A stretch of 63,971 nt of DNA, the filler included, from Guillardia theta CCMP2712 (taxonomy: Eukaryota; Protista; Cryptophyta), in NCBI RefSeq assembly GCF_000315625.1. It is 5 parts of 5 records of this genome, joined end to end, with 100 filler letters (N's around TTAATTAATTAA, not from the genome) between each part and the next. Parts side by side here need not be neighbours in the genome. Positions count along the whole stretch, not along the records: positions 42,133 to 57,241 come from NW_005434649.1; positions 57,342 to 62,834 come from NW_005434191.1; 3 more parts are not named here. The stretch is one strand, 5' to 3'. Made by a program: the position numbers and the translations under genes. This document shows, piece by piece, positions 48,867 to 61,989 of this stretch. Position 1 is the first letter of the stretch. Every line of letters begins with the position of its first letter. The notes beneath the pieces are model-generated. The model did no database searches, was not told the origin of the DNA, and saw only the letters and a list, made by a program, of their open reading frames with translations.

Positions 48867-49495
48867 TAACTCGCTCCTCCTCCTCTCCTCTCCCCTCCCC
48901 CCCTTCCTGCTGAGCTTCCTCCTCCCCCTCTCTCCTCTTGAGATTCCTCCTCCCTGCTCTGACTCCTGGCCTGCAGAGTGATCGCTAGGAAGAGTAGAAG
49001 CATGACCATGGTACCTCCCTGCACCTGTAAGGGCGAGGAGGAGAGGCAGGGATCGTCCTGGTTCGGATGGGGTAAGAGGTCCAAGACAAGAGCAAGAGAG
49101 GGAGGAAACAGATGGTCTGTCTCCTCATCTTGTACGCTCTCCTGCTCTGGTGGAATGAGAGACGTTTGCGATAGCATCTGCTGATGAGAACAAACGTGCA
49201 GAGCTATCTTCCTGCCGTCCGAGCCCCTTAACCCTCTCCCCCTTCAAAGCTCCTCTCTTTCATGTTAACTGTTCAAGTAAAACACCTTGACCTGCTGACT
49301 GAGTGCTCCCGTGAGGTCTCTGACTCAGAGCAAGGGGTGAGATGTGATGTACTTTGTATGGCTAGAAAGGGACAATAAGCATGACGAATAGGGTTGAAAG
49401 AGTTGAAGAAGCTTGCAAGGGAGGAAAGAAGAGTGAAAGACTGAGAAGGAGGGCAACAAGGTAGAGAAAGAAAACTGAAAAAATCCTTCGAGACT

Positions 49496-52400
49496 TCAGC
49501 GGAATAATCCCGAGAAATGCAGGCAGATCAGCACAGACCCAATGGTCAAGATCTGCAGTAAATCAGCAAGAATCGAAGAATAACAGACAAGAGAAAAAAG
49601 AAAACAAGACGAGGAAACAAGGCAGAAACAGAAGAGAGAAGACATGATTCTGGAGAGTAACGGAGGCAACAATGAGAGTGAACAGAGGAGAAAGGATAAG
49701 TGTGTTCATCAGAGAAGGGAGGATTGTGTAGAAGGGAGGATTGTGGGAAGGGGTGGGAAAGAAACAGACAAGAAGAAGGAAAATTGATAGAAGGAAATAG
49801 GAGCGCATCACGAGGAGCAGCTTACAGCAGCGCTGCAGGAACCCAGGGTGACCATCATCCAAGGCCTGCGGAACGTGAGCAGAAGAGGAGAGGAGATGGT
49901 ACAAAGGACTTAGAGACCGAAGGGTGGATTTAACAGAAAGGAGAGGGGAGAGATGAGGTTGGAAAGAAGACGAGGGACGTAGCGAGGGAGGGAGGAGGCA
50001 GGGCTCCAAGAAGTATGGAGGATAGAGTGTGGAAGAGGAGGAGGAGGACCATGGAGACTCAGCGTTGGTAGCGATGGAGGGACTGGCGGGCTGGAAGGGC
50101 TCGAGACCAGACTTCAAGTTCTCCCCAAAGAAAGCCCCGACCTGAGGAACAGTATTTGAAACTTAGTCAGACGAGCAAGGGGAGGGAAAAGACAAGACAA
50201 GAGAAGAAGAGATAGTGGGATGATGAGGGCAGAGAGGATGGGATCGGAGAGAACAAGTCCGAGGAGGAGGTCAGAAGACGCTGGCTGAGGACAGGGAAGT
50301 AAGACGATACCAGCGCAGTAGCGGCAAAGACGGTGGTGGCGAAGGTGAATCGCATGTCTGCAACGATGATGCGATTTCTCCTTATCTTTAGGCGAAGCTG
50401 AACCATGTCTTGCAGCGAGTCGATCTGCAGACCATTCAGCTGGTTGCAAAGGAAGCGACGACAGCGAGGAGGAGGGGAACGGGTGTTGGGTGCACAAGGG
50501 CGAGGGAAAGGAGGGAGGACAGGGAGCTCACATCGCGATCGAGGCTGCGAAGATGCAAGAGCATCATCTCAAACACCATGCTGTATCCGTCCAGCAGCGA
50601 TTCCACCAGCTCTGCATTCCCTTGCTCGTTGGGAGAAGCTAGAAACCTTGTGTGGAGTGCCATGAGGGGAAGAACAAAGAAAGCTCGAGGAGGATATCGA
50701 AGAGCGAGCATGGGAAGGAGTGAAGATCCAGAAGCAGGAGCGGAAACGGGCAACACAATTGGGAGAGAACAAGGGAAAGAGGAGGAGGAGGAGGAGAAAG
50801 AGGAGAAGGAGAAAGAGGAGGAACGAAGGAACGAAGGGAGGGATGAAGAGAGGTACATCTGAGCCATGAGGGAATGGTTGCTCTGCGGCTCGTCTACAGC
50901 CTTGGCCACATCCTCCACGTGTTTGAGCTCCTGAAGAATTTTCAGCCTCCCATCGACTCCTCAACAGACGAATTCTTCGCCTCGTCCTGACCTTGTCTAT
51001 GCTCCTCTGCAGTGCTGCGAATTGATTGAGAATCTCATCGTTCAATATGACGTCGATGTTGCTCAGGATCTGTCGAAATTTTCTCTCTCATTTAACGCGT
51101 CTCGATCTTATCATTGAGCTTACGTTGTGGGCCTTGTTCAGGCACCTCTTGACCTTGTCAATGTGCCTGAGAAACGCTTCAAGAGGGATGTGAGGGAGCT
51201 TGTTTGTCAGGCGCACCAGTTGAAGACGGTGTAAAGGATCGCCTCGAGGGCTTGTAGCTCAAAAGGATAGTCCTGCAACTTTCAGATTCGTTACAAACAG
51301 GAAAGGCGCTCGAGGACCAAAGAGAAACAGCAACGCCTGGTTATACGAGAACAACCATCTATACATGTTGATGTTTGTATTTCACATCGGATACGCAAAG
51401 ACGCAGAGAAATAACTGCAATTTTGCACGTGTGGTCGATTACAACAAGTTTACCTCGGGAATATCTTTCAGTGACTCGAGACGAGGTAGCAAAGGCTGAA
51501 GGACCGCATCCGCACCATCTTGAACAACGATGTACAATGCTCCTCTCTGATCCAACGACATCAAAGCTTGACAAAAGCAGCCATGAGCAACTCACTGTCA
51601 CAACAGCCCTCATCACATCCAAACTGATCACCAAACTTCCTCTTCTGACCATCAAGACCGAGTTGGATATCCCCTACCCAGCGTTCAGTTTACTCTCGCC
51701 GACTCTTCGTCTTCACCTGTAGACAGCGCAGATCTCGAAACTGGAGGTTGCTTTGATTCTGATTCTTGACTTCTTCCACGTCCTCGTCCAACGAAACGAA
51801 GAAATCACTCCTTCTGGTCCGCACGTGCGCGGCCGGACTTGGCTGCCTGTCGATCACGTCAGAAACATCGGAACACGGCAAGCACGCCTCACGGAGCCTG
51901 CAGCTTCTCTCTTGAGCCTGAACGCTGATGGAGGGGGGGTCAGAAGGTCTCGAGGGAGAGAGAGAGAGCAGCAACCGTGAGAGACGGCTCCATGGTGCGA
52001 CATAGCACTAGCAAGTCCCACCGGCTGATCTGATACATGCACGACTGCAGGTCGTTCTTGATCTCTAGGATTGTAATCTCTTCGTCGGGTTGGAAATCTT
52101 TTGCAGTCACTCTGCATCATGTGCTTTCAGATGTTTGACGTTGAGAGAACGCTGAACTTACTTTCTGACGACGTCGACAATCTCGACAAAGCTGCTGTCA
52201 ACCATGGATGATGGGTCCTCGCTAACGTGGTCGAGCTGAGAGGTTTTCGTCGGTGAAACAACTTCAGAGCTCGCATTTCCTTTCTGCATTTTCAACACAG
52301 TCTGGAAATTTTGGCGAGTAACTTCCATGGAGCGACGCTTGTTGGGGGATTTCGTCATCTCTATCTCATGCTCAGAATACTCCGGCATAGTCTGCTCTCG

Positions 52401-52552
52401 CCGCAGCATCCCGTCTTCGCTTCTAGACTAGCAGTCAAGCGCAAGAGGATGAGACATGACGAGCTGCTTGTCAGGACGGTGGAATCCCCGCCTTCATGCC
52501 CTCATCTGCCAGATCGCGATCTCAGGAGACGCTGAAAAAGGGATTTCCTCAT
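49496..52552 (-). CDS. MRS2: CorA/MRS2-family divalent cation (Mg2+) transporter, multi-exon
   Basis: LQFRDLRCL, LMVRRGSLVISLDVMRAVVT, DYPFELQALEAIL, ELVESLLDGY, VQLRLKIRRNRII, TM1 ending VGAFFGENLKSGLE, and a final hydrophobic exon ending LHFSGLFR*. Confidence 0.8.
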
Positions 52553-53559
52553 GGCTCCTGTTGAAAACGTCAAGCAGGGTGATGGTCGACACACGTGTAG
52601 ATGATATATAGTAATTCTTACAGGCAGTGATATTATTCAATCAGGGGTGGTCGACATGATGAAATGAGAGGCGAGGGATGTTGAAAGGCTAGGAACATCA
52701 CAAGGGGGCAGGAAACAGCTTTGAGTTTGAAGGCGAGAGGATGGATGGAAGGAGAACAAGAGAGGGATAGCTGCGAGCGGGGAGGGAGAGGAGGAGCTGA
52801 AATTAGGGAGGGAGAGGAGCAAGGAGGAGGTCGAAGAGCTCACAGGAAGCATCATCGTTCTTGTTACTGCCCCCTACAAGGCACGGGAAGCAAAGCCATG
52901 GAGTTGCCAGTGGCGGGACGTAGCCGACGAGGGGGTGGGGGTCAAATTTTGTGGGCCATACATGAGAAATAGTGGGGTAATAAGCCATACATGGGGGGGT
53001 ATACAATTGTGCGAGGACTTAAGATCGAGGGGTAGGTGGTCAATTTCTAGGGGATGAGGGGGGTTATGAAGTGAGTGGGGATGAGGCCACCAGCAATGGG
53101 AGGGAGGGGGATGAGGGTACTTCCAATTTTTAACGTTTGGAAATTTGAATTCGCGTGTAGGCTGATGCACGCCGGTGGTACCACCCCCTGTTTTTGGTGC
53201 ACTTGTTGGGTATTGGACCCCTCCTACCCCGAGCTCCTCCTCCTTGGCGTTGCCTGCTCGCTGACACCTGACTCTGACCTCTTTCTTCTTCCTCCTCCTC
53301 GTCCTTCTCCTCCTCCTCGTGGTGTTCTTATCTTCATCTTGATCTTTATCATCTCTGCTAAGCTTTCATCTTTTGTTTCCAACAGCACCTGAACTCTCCC
53401 AGTCAGTTTCTTTCCAATTTTCCAACATTGTTTAGTTTACGTTTCGATGTTTCTCACTTGATTCTCTTTATCAGGTTCAGCTTTCTTGCAGCAAGTTCGA
53501 CAAAAAAGGTGAAAGGCAGGGTGATTTAGCGTTCCCTGCGTAGCTTGTATCTACAAAAG

Positions 53560-56500
53560 ATGTCAACAGCAGCCAGACATCTCAAAGCTCTTGAGAAGGT
53601 GCTGTTGGGGATTAGAGGAAAATGTGATGAGAAGCTCGATCAACTTCAAGAAGAATTTGTCGAACATCAAGAATGGTTGAGAAAGACCATTGCAGACACA
53701 AAAGAAAGCAAGTGAGATTGCCGTGAAATGAGAAAGTGTTGTATGTTCATGTTGCTACAGGGACGGCCTTGGGCTTGTGTGCCCCCCAACCAACCGCAAA
53801 GCCAAGCGAACGACGTCGAAGATTCAAGTAAGAGATATGTGGAGTGTGATCTTCTGTTCTAAACTGCTCATAGAACGAAGACAACAAAGAGAACGTGGAC
53901 AATGGCAAGATTGAACGTCCATTCAAGGTCTCGAAGCACAAAGCTGAGGAGAGCCAGTCAAGCAACGAGAATGAGCAAGAGGAGGCATCGAAGAAGGACG
54001 CGAAAAAGTCGAGAGGAAAATCCATCTCAGGAAAGAGCAAACAGCAGGAGTCAGCGAATGACGGGCAGGACCTCTCATCGCTTGATAAGAAGGACCTGTC
54101 GAAGCTCAAAGTTGTGCAACTGAGGGCAGAGCTCCAAGCTCGCGGCCTCCCGACTACTGGGCTCAAGGACGAGCTTGTTGCTAAGCTTGCAAGTGCCTTG
54201 GAGGCTGAGCAGGCGGACAAGTTCGAGACAGTGCTGGTGGGCCAGGACATCATTCCTAGGGTGGGGATGCGAGTAAGGCACGTGTCAGGGAAAAGCCACA
54301 AGTCCTCGCGAGGACTCGCAGGCACTATCGAGATCATCCCTGGGAGAGGAGCGCTGAAGCCCGACGAGAGGAGCGTGAGCGTGAGATGGGATGCTGACTT
54401 GACGGATGTCCGAGGACCGTACTACACCGGAGAGCCTTGTGACAGAGGGTCAGGCATTGGGACCCCCAAGTTTGACCTGATCTGCATCGAAGCCGTCAAC
54501 CTTGCTATGGAGCAGGAAGAGCAGGAGCAGGTCGAGAACGTTCATATGGAGGAAGTCGTTGAAAGTAAGGTCAAGGATGACGGCAACAAGGAAGCAATAC
54601 AGAAGGAAGACGCTGAGGAGAAGGACGAGGAAGGGGAGGAAGACGAGGAACTCGTTATTGACCCGGAAGACGACAAGGACAACGACTGCATGGACTTGCA
54701 GGTTTCTTCTGTGCCCAACGAGCAGACAAACAACCCGATTGTGCTGGACGATCTGCAGATCGACGAAATGGACGAGGAGCTATCAGCTCCTGTAGTCGAG
54801 CAGAAGAACAGCGAGAAGGAGGAGGAGGTGGCTAAGGAGCCGGAAGCCAAGGAGAAGGAGAAGCGGAGTTCGGAAACCAGGCTGTCAGGAACGAAGCGAA
54901 CTAGTGACGGGTAAGGAGCCTCCCCCTTGCTCTTGATGCGAGGGCATGACTTGCCGATGTTTCAGCAAGGCGAAGGCCGAGGAACCGAAGGAGGAGGAGG
55001 AGAGCAAGCAATCAAGCTCTGCCCAGGCTCTTCAGCAGAGGCTCGAGGCCTGCAAGCAGGCATGGGCAGCTCACCAGGTGTCTTCCAGCTCCAACGGTTA
55101 CTCAGAGAGCACTCCCAGCAAGAAGCAAGCCGTGGAGGTGAGCTGAGAGGAGGATGGAGGGGGTTGTTGACGGCAGGAGGAGCAGGGCAAGAAGCCCGTG
55201 GTTCTCGAGGTAACCAAGTACTCGACCCCCTCGAAGCAGCAGAAGCCTGACCCCCACACTGGACTCTGCGCGATGGAGACTGGGGGGTGAGGCCTCCCTC
55301 CCCCGCTCCCCCAACTTTCTGTTTCTCGCCTTCCACTTGTACTTGTTCGTTATCTTTCTATTCTCACGTTCCCTCTCAACAGCTCCCTCTGCACGTCTGC
55401 TAAGAAGGCTGCACGCCCACCAGACATCGGGCAGGTCAGAAGGAGGAGGAGGAGGAAGTTCTTTCGTGGTGCTCACTGTCGCTCCCCCAGGTCAACGAGA
55501 GTGTACAGCAGTTCCGTGCTATCATCTCTCGGATCAACGCCGAGAAGGGAATCACTTCTTATGAGGTGAAGAGGAGGAGGAGGGAACGAGAAAAAGGGAG
55601 GAAGAGGCGGGGGAGATGGTTGGATCTGATTCTCCTTTCTCAGACTCCGTCGCACTCATCCAACCTGCCCCCTCGTGCCAGCTTGAACAACAACAAGCCT
55701 GTGGTATACCTTCCATCCCATCCCTTTCACCACCACCACTCTCCTCTTCCTGCTCCTGATCCTGACCCTCCTCCTTCGCCCCCCACCCCCCCCCCCCACC
55801 CCCCCCTCCTGCCTTCTCTCCTTCTATCTCTCCTGGTCTCTCGAGCGGCTGAGGGGTTAGCAGGAGGACAGCGCAGAGAAGGCCAACCGGGTCATCACGT
55901 GGCCACAGCAGCAGCGGCCGGTCGTCCTCAAGCACGTCGAGCTCAAGTCTTCCTCCCCTGCTGTGAAGGCTCAGGTCAGCGTCCTGTCCTCTCCCCTCCC
56001 CTCCTTCCGCATTATCTCCTCTTCCTCTCCCCTCCTCCCTCTGCATCCTACTACCACTCTTCTGCCTCCTTCCTCCTAGCTGCATCTGCCTTGAGTCGTT
56101 TCCTCTCGCTTATCTCCTCGCAGCGACTGACGGAGGAGCGACTGAGCGCGCACATCAAGTCCGCGGGCAAGCAAGACATGATGCACGCGTTCCAGAGTAG
56201 CAACGAAGACCCGCGGGCAGCGAGCGCGAGGTGAAGATGGAGGGAGGAGGAGGAGGAGGAGGTCCTTACACTGTGACAGACTGGATGCTGCTCAGAGGCA
56301 GCAGAGAGCAGCAGAGAACAGAGCGAGGATCGAGGAAGAAGCCAAGAAGAAGGCGCAGGAGCAGGAGAGGAGGTGAGGGCGGGAGGGATGCCTGACATTG
56401 TCATGACCATCTGCTGGCTCAGGCGAAAGGAGCTGGAGAACAAGAGGATCGAGGCTGAGAGGATCGCAGCTGAGCGGCGCCAGAAGGTGACGATCAAGAA

Positions 56501-57193
56501 CAGAGGGAGCAGCAGGACACGAGGAGGAGGAGGAGGAGGAGGAGGAGGAGGAGGAGTGTTTGTTGACTAACTCCATTACAGGAAGCGCAGCAGCAGCAGG
56601 AGCGTCTCGAGGCAGCGAAGAGAAGGGCGCAGGAAGACGAAGAGCGAAAGTTGCGGGCTATCAGAGAGCAGCAGGAGCTGGAGGAGAGAAAGAGGCAGGA
56701 ACGCGAGCGAGCCGAGCAGGTGAGGAGCAAGGAGTAGCATCTCAGACGCTGACCATCATGCAGGCTGAGAGGGAGAGGCAGGAGAGGGAGAGGCAGGAGA
56801 AGGAGAGGCAGGAGAAGGAGAGGCAGGAAAGGGAGAGGCAGGAGAAAGAGCGAGCTGCTGCTGCCGCCGCCGCTGCCGCTGGTGAGATGCTGAAACCGTC
56901 ATCCTTCCTCCTCCTGCTTCCTCCTCTGACTCGTTCAGCAGCCAAGGCCAAGCCTGCCGTCCCCTCGTTCTCTCAGAGCAACGTGAGTTGTCAGCTTGTT
57001 GACTCATTGGCTGACCTTCTGCCCAGCAGCCTTCCAGTGCATCCAAGGGAGGAATCCTCGGGGCCCTTGGCAAGGTGAAGAGAGAGGAGGAGGATGGTAC
57101 GAGGAACATTCATTCGTCCTCCTCCTTCAGGTGGTCGGCAACGTGTTTGGCACTGGGATGCAGCAGGAGGCCCCCAAGCCAGCAGAGAAGTAA
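53560..57193 (+). CDS. INCENP-like protein with SAP domain, MIB/HERC2-like segment and charged single-alpha-helix region; probably 3'-partial
   Basis: The N-terminus GKCDEKLDQLQEEFVEHQEWL resembles the INCENP CEN-box. SAP: LSKLKVVQLRAELQARGLPTTGLKDELVAKL. VGMRVRH...SVSVRWDA...YYTG...FDL. E/R/K-rich exons at 56290-56860. Confidence 0.6.
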
Positions 57194-57528
57194 GGAGGAG
57201 GAGGAGGAGGAGGAGGAGGAGGAGGAGGAGGAGGAGGAGGTNNNNNNNNNNNNNNNNNNNNNNNNNNNNNNNNNNNNNNNNNNNNTTAATTAATTAANNN
57301 NNNNNNNNNNNNNNNNNNNNNNNNNNNNNNNNNNNNNNNNNCGCGCACAGACCGACGGTGCTGCTCGATGAGAGCGTGTTGCCGACTGACCATCTCATTG
57401 AAACTAGCACTGAGTGTCTTCAAGGTCGTTTCGCAGGCCACTGGCCTGCAATACTTGATTAAGAGTAAAAACAAACCTTCCAGTCAACAATCAAGGATAT
57501 TTGAAAACTTGACCAAGGAGATTCCTCA

Positions 57529-60298
57529 ATGGCTGAAGATGATGTTCTCCAGTCGCTGGTGCGGTTATGGCAGCGGACGGCCTCCCCCTCCTCCCCCTCC
57601 TCCCTCCCTCCCCCCTCGTCCTCCTGCCTGCCCAGCGCTCCCGCAAGTCAGCTTCCTCAGCCCTCCAGTCACTCCTATCAAGCTGCGTTCCTGTCCTCCT
57701 GCGCAAGCCTTCCTCATGCGGCGAGGGTAGCCAAGATGAAAGCTACTCAAGAAGACTTGCTGCGAATGCTGCTGCTGGCCTGCCGGGAAAGGATCGACGG
57801 CCTTTGCTCATCCATGAGGATGAGCGAGGAGGAGAAGACGTCACATCCGGAGTTACTGAGCAGCGAGGTGTCTGAAGGGCTGCTGCTGAAGCTGGAGGAT
57901 CTCGAAGCAAGGCTGACGAGGGACATGGAGAGCATGAGATCACTTCTTGCAGGAGTGGCTGAGTACGAGAACCTTCTCCGAGAGCGGGCGATGCTGGAAA
58001 CAACCTTCACCGACTCCTCCAGGCTGCTGGATCGCACTTCGAACTCGTACACTCTTCGGCGATCGGAGGAGCGGTACAAGGCTCTGGTGCTCAAGATCAT
58101 ACCTGAGAGAAGGAAGGAGCTGCTAGAAGCGATAGAGGAGTGGGAGAGGAGCAACGGGAAGGCGTTCTTGACGTGGGGACGAAGGTACCTTGACAGCCCA
58201 GATGAAGTGATACCAGCGGACGAGGAAGGTGTACGGGGACGAGGAGCAGAGCAGTCTCAGGTGAAGGCGAGCAGAGGAAATGATATGAAGGGATCGCAGA
58301 ATGTTTCGAAAGAGAGGATAGTCCGCATCCAGCACAATCGTGACAGAGGCGAAGAGCACATCTCCCAAGTCTCACAGTCTATCTCCTTCATCTCTGCTGC
58401 AGAGCCTTCTATAGAGCCAGACGCTTCTCCAGGTCAACCGCTAGTCTCCTCTCTGCACAGTAGCTCAAGTGCTTGTAGCTCGGCGGTCGAAGAAGCAAGA
58501 GCGTGCTTCAAGCCTGCTGATGGACCGGGTGGAAGCCCTGGAGACCTGGGCAAGAGAGCGNNNNNNNNNNNNNNNNNNNNNNNNNNNNNNNNNNNNNNNN
58601 NNNNNNNNNNNNNNNNNNNNNNNNNNNNNNNNNNNNNNNNNNNNNNNNNNNNNNNNNNNNNNNNNNNNNNNNNNNNNNNNNNNNNNNNNNNNNNNNNNNN
58701 NNNNNNNNNNNNNNNNAGTCGGACTCCAAGAGCCTTTATCAATACCGGTCCGGCAAGCTGACAGTGAGGATGAGAAGAATGGAAGGTGGAGTTTCGGGGC
58801 GTCCTCCTGCCCCTGACATGAGCGCAGACATGATGAAGAGATGTCAAGTCGGACAAGACTCGCCCAAGGCAGAGGGTCACACCAATGGTGGGTCTGGCGC
58901 TTGCTGACATGCTGCAGAGAAATCCAAGAGCATGCCTGCGGATGCGTTGGTGCTGAAGAAGGATCATAGCAAACTCCAAGAATCGCTCAAGCTTGCCCAA
59001 GAAAAGATTGTGACGTTGGAGGTTCGGGTCGGGCGCTCGCACCGCCTTGTGACAAGCCGAGCAGGCCAAGCAAGGGAAGCTGATAGAGCAGCTGGCGGAG
59101 CTCTCGCTCAAGCTGCAAGGTGAGTCAGGAGGGAGAGACTCGATGGGATGAGCTCAGGATGAGGTGCAGACAAGAAGTTCGTCCAGCCGTTAGACCTCAA
59201 GTCTGCCTTTCAGAGCTTGTTCCAAGGCTTCACCAACGTCCTCGACCCCTCTCAGCCAAAACGAGCCGGTTCCCCAGCTTTCTCCTTCTCCTGCTCTGCT
59301 CCTGCCCTTGTTTACCTCCTGCTCTGCTCCTGCTCATCCTCCTTCTCGCCTTGTTGGATCCTCAAGTCTCTCTAGGTAACTCGGGTGAGGAGAAGAAGGT
59401 TCGCTTCGCCTACATCGGCGAGCACTTCGCTCACTCGCTACTGAGCGGCTTCAGCGCCATCGAGAAAGTGGAGAAGAAGCATCTTGAGCTCCTGGTCGAG
59501 CTGGAGGAGCAGCGGGAGAGGCACCAGCAGGAGAGGATCGAAATTTCCCGCAAGCTTGCGGACGTCCTGTCGAGATGCGACAACTGCGACACCGTGGCAG
59601 AAGAAGTTAAACTCGACCTGCAGGAGGTCGCTGCTCGCGCAGAGGAAGGGAGGGAGGCAGCTCGGAGCGTGTGCTGTCTGAGCGACGAAGTGATTTCCTG
59701 CCAGCAAGGCTTGGACGAACTCCGCTCGCGCACTGTCATGCTGGAAGAGAGGAGCGGGCAATCTGAGGGGAGCAAGTCAGCACAGAGACAGGGAGATGTA
59801 AAGCAGGAAGGAGGTACAAGAGAGTGCGGAGAAGAGCATGGGGAGGAGGGGAGGAGCGCGTTGGAGGATCTTTCCTCGCGCGTGTCTCTCCTTGAAGCTT
59901 CTCTGGCAGCCTCTGCTCCCTCTCCCTCTCCCTCTATATCCGCTGAGGCCATCAACGCGCTCAGTGAGGAGCTCACAGAGAGGATAGAGGAGTCTGCGGC
60001 GCGACGAGACAGCAGCCTGATGAAGACGCTGGAGGAGGCGATGCTCTCCTGCGTGTCGCGCGACGACGTGCGAGAGAGTCTGCTGCTGTATGCCAGCAAG
60101 AAGGACCTCAAGGCGAGCGAGAGCAGGACCTGGGAGCGCATCGCCAAGGTCGAGGAGGAGGGAGCGCAGACTTCTGCGATGATCAAGCTGGCGAGGAAGG
60201 AGCTGGAGGGGATGAAGAGTAGCTTCCTCCTCTCCTCTCCTCGCAGGAGCTCGCGGCAAAGCTCTCGAGCCACGAAGAAGACTGTGCCGAGGCGGTAG
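57529..60298 (+). CDS. MAP65/Ase1/PRC1-like domain protein with long coiled-coil C-terminal exons (spans an N-gap)
   Basis: DSSRLLDR...RRSEERYKALVLKIIPERRKELLEAIEEWERSNGKAFLTWGRRYLD matches the MAP65/Ase1 microtubule-binding region. Continuity across the gap at 58561-58716 is assumed. Confidence 0.65.
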
Positions 60299-60551
60299 AC
60301 GCGCTGTCAGGCAGCATTGCACAAGTCTCGTCCGAGCTCTTCAAGTTTGCAGCAAGTCAGTCGGAGCTGTTTGTTCGACGCGACGAGCTCGCCAGCATTC
60401 GAACCTTGACGAGCAAGGCGGAGAGTGAAGACAACAGAAGCAGCGAGCTAGAGGAGGAGCGGGAGGGGGAAGAGACACAGCAGCATTCGAGGGAAGAGGA
60501 GGCAAAGAAGGATCAGGAGGGGAAAGGAGAGGGAAACTTGACGAGACAAAT

Positions 60552-61439
60552 GGTATCAGCATGTGGGTATTGTTGACTTCATTGAAAATTAGCATTGCAC
60601 TGCAGTGGTTTTCATCGAGGAATTTCAAATATGGACGACTGAAGACCACCCTGAAGACCATCAAAATAACAGAGGGTCTTGTGACTCTGTACGTAAAAAC
60701 GATGATTCCTGCGTACAATACAACAATAAATCTATTACACTACTAAAATTTAAATATATTCCTATTGCAGTACAATGCTAATAATATCCAAATTAAAACA
60801 CTTGAAAACACAATGACAAAATTTCTATTAAGATTATGTTCAATAAATATTAATCACCCATTGCAATAAATATTATTTCAATTAAAATAATATCCAATAA
60901 ATATTAATCTTGAATCTTGTTGCCATATCAATGTAAATTAATGCTGCAGTGTGGTGCATAAATTACACAATGTAAAACGGCGGTATAGCATGAGCAAAGC
61001 GAATGCTATGATGAGCACGCAGTGCTCATCTATTCCATTGCAACTTGTGCTACACTTGTTATTCCTATTACACTAGAATACCAACAAGATTCAAGATTCA
61101 ACATTGGAAAAATATATTATAACCCAATTATATTTATTGAACAAAATTTGAATAAGAATAATAAACAAGATATTTTTCTAATTTCATATCAATGTAAATC
61201 ATTGCTGCATTGCGGTGCATAAATTACACAATGTAAAACGGCGGTATAGCATGAGCAACGCGAATGCTATGATGAGCGCGCAGTGCGAATCTATTCCATT
61301 GCAACTTGAGCTTCACTATTACACTCGCAAACCCTTGATTACAAGTCTTCAGTCGTCCATATTTGAAATTCCTCGATGAAAACCACTGCAGTGCAATGCT
61401 AATTTTCAATGAAGTCAACAATACCCACATGCTGATACC
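60552..61439. mobile_element. 888-bp non-autonomous DNA transposon (MITE) with perfect 95-bp TIRs and 4-bp TSD AAAT
   Basis: 60552-60646 is the reverse complement of 61345-61439 (GGTATCAGC...GCTGATACC). AAAT occurs at 60548-60551 and 61440-61443. The interior is AT-rich and non-coding. Confidence 0.9.
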
Positions 61440-61989
61440 AAATGGTAGAATTCATACCTTTAAACACAGGCATGAATCCTTAATTAAAAAAATGAATCTG
61501 TTTCAATATCAGTGTCTAAAACATCAACAGATGCCTCCTAAAAAACAATTGGATGACCATATGCCACCAAATATTATCAAATCCGCTGATGCTCCTCTTC
61601 CTAAAACATTTATTGATTTAGAGATTCTTGATTAATTCATTTATAGAACTATTCAATAAAACAAAAATAAATCATATTTTTTTATACTTACTATATACAC
61701 CTATGTCGTGCATGTTTTACACTTTTCCCACACATTTTAACAGCGTTACTGCATGAAATGCGGTGGGCAAGGCCCTATCACTGTTACACTTGCTAAACTT
61801 GATTACAATGCTTACCATTAATATATCCTTTCAATTATAGCATCACATCACTGTTTGTTTTCACAACATTTCAATAAATATCAACGAGCGTACCCACGGA
61901 GTGGCTTGAACAAACATATTATACATTTGTTTTCCTATTAATTATCTCAGGCATCACGAGCTTAAATAAGTGATGCTCCACCAATCAAC

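Noticed and set aside
60341-61635. Duplicated short ORFs MWVLLTSLKISIALQWF... on both strands
   Set aside because: They are a consequence of the MITE's inverted repeats, with no coding evidence.
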